A stretch of DNA of 34,281 bases from Deltaproteobacteria bacterium (GTDB taxonomy: Bacteria; Desulfobacterota; Deferrimicrobia; Deferrimicrobiales; Deferrimicrobiaceae): contig JANXPS010000049.1 of assembly GCA_025357175.1 (NCBI GenBank), forward strand, positions 1 through 34,281, in the 5' to 3' direction. The position numbers and the translations under genes were made by a program. Positions 30,184-34,281 of this stretch are shown here, one piece after another. Positions within the stretch are counted from its first letter, which is position 1. Every line of letters starts with the position of its first letter. The notes beneath the pieces were generated by a model. That model was not told the DNA's origin and made no database searches. It saw only the letters and a program-made list of their open reading frames with translations.

Positions 30184-30275
30184 TGGCGGAGAGGGAGAGA
30201 TTCGAACTCTCGGAACCCTTTTGAGATTCACACGATTTCCAGTCGTGTTCCTTCGGCCAGCTCGGACACCTCTCC
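30184..30275 (-). tRNA. tRNA-Ser(GGA)
   Basis: GGAGAGG..CACGA-CTGGAAA-TCGTG, long variable arm, GTTCGAATC, CCTCTCCGCCA. Confidence 0.96.
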
Positions 30276-30342
30276 GCTTGAAAAACCGTCTGATCAAAGA
30301 TCAAGTCTTGATGAATGCCACCTTCCCCTTGCAGGGAAAAAG

Positions 30343-30435
<93 letters not shown>

Positions 30436-30466
30436 GCATTTCGGGGGTCCGTCAGGAAAGACTACC

Positions 30467-30554
30467 TGGCGGAGGGAGCAGGATTTGAACCTGCGGAGCA
30501 TCGCTGCTCAACGGTTTTCAAGACCGCCGCCATCAGCCGCTCGGCCATCCCTCC
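30467..30554 (-). tRNA. tRNA-Ser(TGA)
   Basis: GCGGT-CTTGAAA-ACCGT anticodon arm, long variable arm, encoded CCA. Confidence 0.95.
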
Positions 30555-30631
30555 CCGAACCTTCTATTTATACCCGAATTTCCCGCCGATTGGGACAAAA
30601 AAATGATAACACCGGGAATCCAATCCGGGGT

Positions 30632-31187
30632 GCGGCCCATGGCTCCCCTTCGATGCCCATTCCCTGGACGGCCATAAACTCTCCGTCTAGCGCCACGCGG
30701 GGGCCTCTTCCCGGGGGACGTCTTGTTCGGGCATCCCTGCCCTCTCTGCGACTCCATACCCCTCGCGCCGCCAATCCATGGCGGCTACACCCGCTCGGGG
30801 CATAGGCCCCCGTCCAGAGACCCCCGCTTTGGCGTACGCCGGAGAGCGTGAGGCCTCAATATTATTCTCCAAACCGGGTCGTCGCCGATCTTAACTTCGG
30901 GGCTCATCTCGGCGCGTAGCGGATTCGGGTGTCTCCTGGAAGGGGGCCTGTGCCCCGAGCGGAATTAAGCGCCAGGGATGGCGCTGCGAGGGGTATGGAG
31001 ACGCAGGCGGCCCATGGAAGGGCCGGCAAGGCGTCCCCCGGAAGGAGATACCCGATCCGCCTGAGCGATGAGCACTTGCCCCGCCCACCTCTCTCGCAAC
31101 CGAAACTTGCGTGTATGGGAAGGGCGCCCCCGCGTGGCGCTCGACGGAGAGTCATGGGCCATACTCTAGAGGGGATGTCCGGGCCGC
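30632..31187. repeat. Long imperfect inverted repeat built from structured modules
   Basis: 30678-30704 matches the reverse complement of 31126-31152 at 26/27; 30752-30766 matches that of 30986-31000 at 15/15; 30791-30811 matches that of 30942-30962 at 20/21. Confidence 0.9.
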
Positions 31188-31222
31188 GGCCGAGCCGACG
31201 AGTGCTCGCCCCGCCCACCTCT
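31063..31222 (+). repeat. Direct repeat, two copies 130 bp apart
   Basis: GCCCCGCCCACCTCT at 31078-31092 and 31208-31222, each preceded by GAGC(C)GAYGAGYRCTY. Confidence 0.85.
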
Positions 31223-31305
31223 TTAGTAATCCCAACTACCCGCGTACGGTAAGGGTGTCTGGCCGGAGAGCATCGGGCCGACTCAGGTTTTCGGGGCGGG
31301 CTCCG

Positions 31306-31334
31306 TTGCCGCGGGCGTCATCTTCCAATATGAT
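31306..31334 (+). promoter_or_regulatory. Putative sigma70 promoter of the LPS operon
   Basis: TTGCCG, a 17-nt spacer, then TATGAT. Confidence 0.6.
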
Positions 31335-31368
31335 GGGGGGCTACACCAACTGTCGAAGGGGAATTCCG

Positions 31369-32469
31369 ATGGCGATACCGTTCATGGACCTCAAGGGCCA
31401 GTTCTCGGCGTACGAATCCGACATCCGCGCGCAGGTCGACGACGTGCTGAAAAGCGGCGCGTTCATCATGGGCCCCAAGGGCGCTGCGCTGGAAAAGGCG
31501 CTTGGCGGATTCGTCGGCGCCCGCCACGCGTTCGGATGCTCCTCGGGCACCGATGCGCTGCTGCTCGCGCTCATGGCGTACGGGGTGAAGCCGGGAGACG
31601 AGATCGTCACGACGCCGTTCACCTTCATCGCCACCGCCGAGGTGATCGCGCTGCTCGGCGCCGTTCCCGTATTCGTCGACATAGAACCGGTCCACTACAA
31701 CATCGACCCGTCGAAGATCGATGCGGCGATCACCCCGAAGACGCGCGGCATCATCGCGGTCTCGCTCTACGGGCAGTGCGCCGACATGGAGGCGATCCAG
31801 GCCGTCGCCGAAAAAAGGAACATCTTCCTGATCGAAGACGGATGCCAGTCGTTCGGCGCGGCGCGCAACGGAAAACGGTCGTGCGGATTCGCCCACGTCG
31901 GGACGACCTCGTTCTTCCCGTCCAAGCCGCTCGGCTGCTACGGCGACGGCGGGATGGTGTTCACGTCCGACGACAAGATCGCCGACCTGATCGCCGGGCT
32001 TCGAAACCACGGGCAGTGGGAGCGGTACCGCCACCGGGTGATCGGCATCAACGGCCGGCTCGACGACCTGCAGGCGGCGGTGCTCCTGGCCAAGTTCGCA
32101 CGGTTCGAGGAGGAGCTTGCGGCCCGGGCGCGGATCGGCGCGCGCTATTCCGAAGCGCTGGGCGACGTCGTGACCGTGCCCGCGATCATGCCGGGCAACA
32201 CGCACGTCTTCGCGCAGTACTCGATCCGGACCGCTTCGCGCGACGCGCTGGCGAAGGCGCTGGGCGACAACGGCGTGCCGACGGCGGTCCACTATCCCAT
32301 CCCGCTGCACATGCAGGAAGCGTTCTCGGGGCTGGGACTCGGGGCGGGCGCGTTCCCGGTTTCCGAGTCGGTTTCCACGGAGATTCTCTCGCTTCCGATG
32401 TCCGCGTTCCTGTCGCAGGCGGACCAGGACGAGGTGATCCGCCAGCTCCGTCGATTCTTCGGAAAGTGA
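31369..32469 (+). CDS. DegT/DnrJ/EryC1/StrS PLP-dependent sugar aminotransferase (WbpE/GnnB-like)
   Basis: SGTDAL, PFTFIATAE, SFFPSKPLGCYGDGG, GINGRLD, VHYPIPLH. Confidence 0.92.
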   Translation: MAIPFMDLKGQFSAYESDIRAQVDDVLKSGAFIMGPKGAALEKALGGFVGARHAFGCSSGTDALLLALMAYGVKPGDEIVTTPFTFIATAEVIALLGAVPVFVDIEPVHYNIDPSKIDAAITPKTRGIIAVSLYGQCADMEAIQAVAEKRNIFLIEDGCQSFGAARNGKRSCGFAHVGTTSFFPSKPLGCYGDGGMVFTSDDKIADLIAGLRNHGQWERYRHRVIGINGRLDDLQAAVLLAKFARFEEELAARARIGARYSEALGDVVTVPAIMPGNTHVFAQYSIRTASRDALAKALGDNGVPTAVHYPIPLHMQEAFSGLGLGAGAFPVSESVSTEILSLPMSAFLSQADQDEVIRQLRRFFGK

Positions 32470-33527
32470 CGGCGTCCGCGCCCACGAAAGAGATCCTGGT
32501 CCGCGCGGTCAACTGGCTGGGCGACGCGGTGATGACGACCCCGGCGCTCGCGGCGCTGCGCGAGGCCAGTCCCGGGGCCCGCATCACGCTGGTGGCCAAG
32601 CCGCTCGTCGCCGACCTTTTCAAGGGGCACCCCGATATCGACGAGGTGATGGTCTACGACCGCGACGGGGTGCATCGCGGTTTTTCCGGGAAGCTTCGCA
32701 TGGCGTCGGCGCTCCGGGCCCGGCGATTCGCATCCGCAATCCTGTTTCAGAACGCTTTCGACGCCGCGCTGCTCGCCTTCCTGGCCGGCATTCCCGAACG
32801 GGCGGGTTATTCGACGGACGGCCGCGGGCTGCTGCTGACGCGGCCCGTGTCCGTCACGGCCGAAACGATGGCACTGCACGAGACGGAATATTACCTCTCG
32901 CTGCTCTCGGCGCTCGGCGTCCCGCGTCCGGCGACGCCGGCGCTCAGATTGCACGTCTCGGAGGTGGAACGCGCCGGGATGGCCGCGCTGCTTGCCTCTC
33001 TGGGGATCGAACCGGGCCGGCCGCTCCTCGGGATCAACCCGGGCGCGACGTTCGGCTCGGCCAAGCGCTGGTTCCCCGAGCGGTTCGCCGCGGTCGCCGA
33101 TGCCCTGTCCGACGCCTGGGGTGCGGAGGTCGTCCTGCTCGGCTCCCGCAAGGAGGCGCCCCTTTCCGACGCGATCGAGGCCGCCATGAATAAGAGGCCG
33201 CTCAACCTGACGGGGAGAACGACCGTGCGCGAAATGATGGCGCTGCTCGAGCGGTGCGCGTTCCTCGTGACGAACGACTCCGGCCCGATGCACATCGCGG
33301 CGGCGCTCGGCACGCCGCTGACGGCGATCTTCGGCCCGACCGAATGGGATCGCACCTCGCCGCTGACGAAACGCGCACGGCTCGTGCGCGCCGACGACAT
33401 CGCCTGCGCCCCGTGCAAGCGGCGCGAGTGCGACCGGGAGCACATCTGCATGCTGGGCGTGACGGCCGAAATGGTGATCGAGGCCTCCCTCGGCCTCTCT
33501 CGCGAGGTGGCCGGTGGCCGCGTCTAG
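32466..33527 (+). CDS. waaF: LPS heptosyltransferase II (GT9)
   Basis: ILVRAVNWLGDAVM, INPGATFGSAKRW, TNDSGPMHIAAA. GTGA overlap. Confidence 0.92.
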   Translation: MTASAPTKEILVRAVNWLGDAVMTTPALAALREASPGARITLVAKPLVADLFKGHPDIDEVMVYDRDGVHRGFSGKLRMASALRARRFASAILFQNAFDAALLAFLAGIPERAGYSTDGRGLLLTRPVSVTAETMALHETEYYLSLLSALGVPRPATPALRLHVSEVERAGMAALLASLGIEPGRPLLGINPGATFGSAKRWFPERFAAVADALSDAWGAEVVLLGSRKEAPLSDAIEAAMNKRPLNLTGRTTVREMMALLERCAFLVTNDSGPMHIAAALGTPLTAIFGPTEWDRTSPLTKRARLVRADDIACAPCKRRECDREHICMLGVTAEMVIEASLGLSREVAGGRV

Positions 33528-34281
33528 AATCCTGATCGTCAAGCTGTCGGCGATGGGCGATGTCGTCCACGGGCTCGCCGCGGCGGCGTTTCTCCGGAAG
33601 GCCGCGCCGGACGCCCGGATCGCGTGGGCGGTAGACTCCCGTTTCGCGGGACTGGTCGAAGGACATCCTGCGGTCGACCGGGTCGTTCCGCTCGATATCA
33701 AATCGTGGAAAGGACGCTGGGCGGCCCCGGAGACACGGAAGGAAGTCGCCGCGGCGCTCCACGCGCTGCGCGCAGGCGGCCACGACGTCGCATTCGACCT
33801 GCAGGGAAACATCAAGAGCGGCGTGGTTGCCTGGCTCTCGGGCGCCCCGGTGCGCGTCGGCTTCCCGAAGGAGACCGTCCGGGAAAAGCCGAACCTGCTG
33901 CTCACCAACCGGCACGTGGCGCACGACCCGGCCGACCGGCATATCACCCACCGGTTGCTTCGGCTGGCATCCGCCCCGTTCGGCGGGACGTTCTCGCCGG
34001 AAGATGCCCGGCCTTTTTTCCCGGTATCGCCGGACGCGCGGCAGGCGGCGGGCGACCGGTTGCGGGAGGCACTCCCGGGAGCGACCCGTTTCCTGGCGCT
34101 TCATGCGGGAACCACCTGGAACACCAAGCGGATGGACCCGACCTTCTGGGCAGCCGTGATCGTGTTGTTGCGCGACCTGCAGCCCGGCCTTGGAACCGTG
34201 CTGTCGTGGGGCGGCGAGGCCGAAAGGGTCGAGGCGGAGCTGATCGCAGCGCTGGACGGATTCCTCGCCGCCGACGCCGCC
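33514..34281 (+). CDS. waaC: LPS heptosyltransferase I (GT9), runs off the window; absent from the ORF track
   Basis: GAGG SD, then GTG: MAASRILIVKLSAMGDVVH..FDLQGNIKSG..LHAGTTWNTK. Confidence 0.85.
   Translation, partial: MAASRILIVKLSAMGDVVHGLAAAAFLRKAAPDARIAWAVDSRFAGLVEGHPAVDRVVPLDIKSWKGRWAAPETRKEVAAALHALRAGGHDVAFDLQGNIKSGVVAWLSGAPVRVGFPKETVREKPNLLLTNRHVAHDPADRHITHRLLRLASAPFGGTFSPEDARPFFPVSPDARQAAGDRLREALPGATRFLALHAGTTWNTKRMDPTFWAAVIVLLRDLQPGLGTVLSWGGEAERVEAELIAALDGFLAADAA

Noticed and set aside
30100-30200. Integrative element at the tRNA-Ser 3' end
   Set aside because: No integrase, no separate duplicated tRNA 3' end and no compositional island are visible.
30467-30554. Possible tRNA-Sec or suppressor tRNA
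   Set aside because: The anticodon is TGA (reads UCA, Ser), not TCA, and the acceptor stem is a normal 7 bp.
30632-31222. CRISPR array, or real small ORFs, in the repeat region
   Set aside because: There is no regular repeat-spacer period and no cas gene; the short ORFs simply mirror the inverted repeat.

Overview
This GC-rich bacterial chromosome segment has a deltaproteobacterial gene content and order (Geobacter/Ca. Deferrimicrobium-like; the taxonomy is my inference). From left to right it holds: the end of a GGDEF gene; a cobalamin uptake operon (btuF-btuC-btuD-btuB-tonB) with two cobalamin riboswitches, one of them inside the operon; a TMTC-like TPR membrane glycosyltransferase; a tightly packed run dksA-galT-glgA-GAF histidine kinase-mqnE-mqnC-serS; a ferritin-like gene and greA; manC, DUF502, DUF748, msrA and mug; a stand-alone leuA; a LarA-family gene; suhB; a lipoprotein gene downstream of three tRNA-Ser genes; and the start of an LPS operon (DegT aminotransferase, waaF, waaC). 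Most genes are housekeeping, and the most unusual signals are non-coding. (1) A roughly 555-bp mirrored, modular repeat at 30632-31187 whose two copies keep ANGGA hairpin loops with compensatory stem changes; it is either a MITE/REP-like element or a CsrA/RsmA-binding RNA. (2) A leuA leader-peptide attenuator with two tandem terminators that appear to be wired as a relay switch. All calls come from reading the sequence by eye; no searches or folding computations were run.
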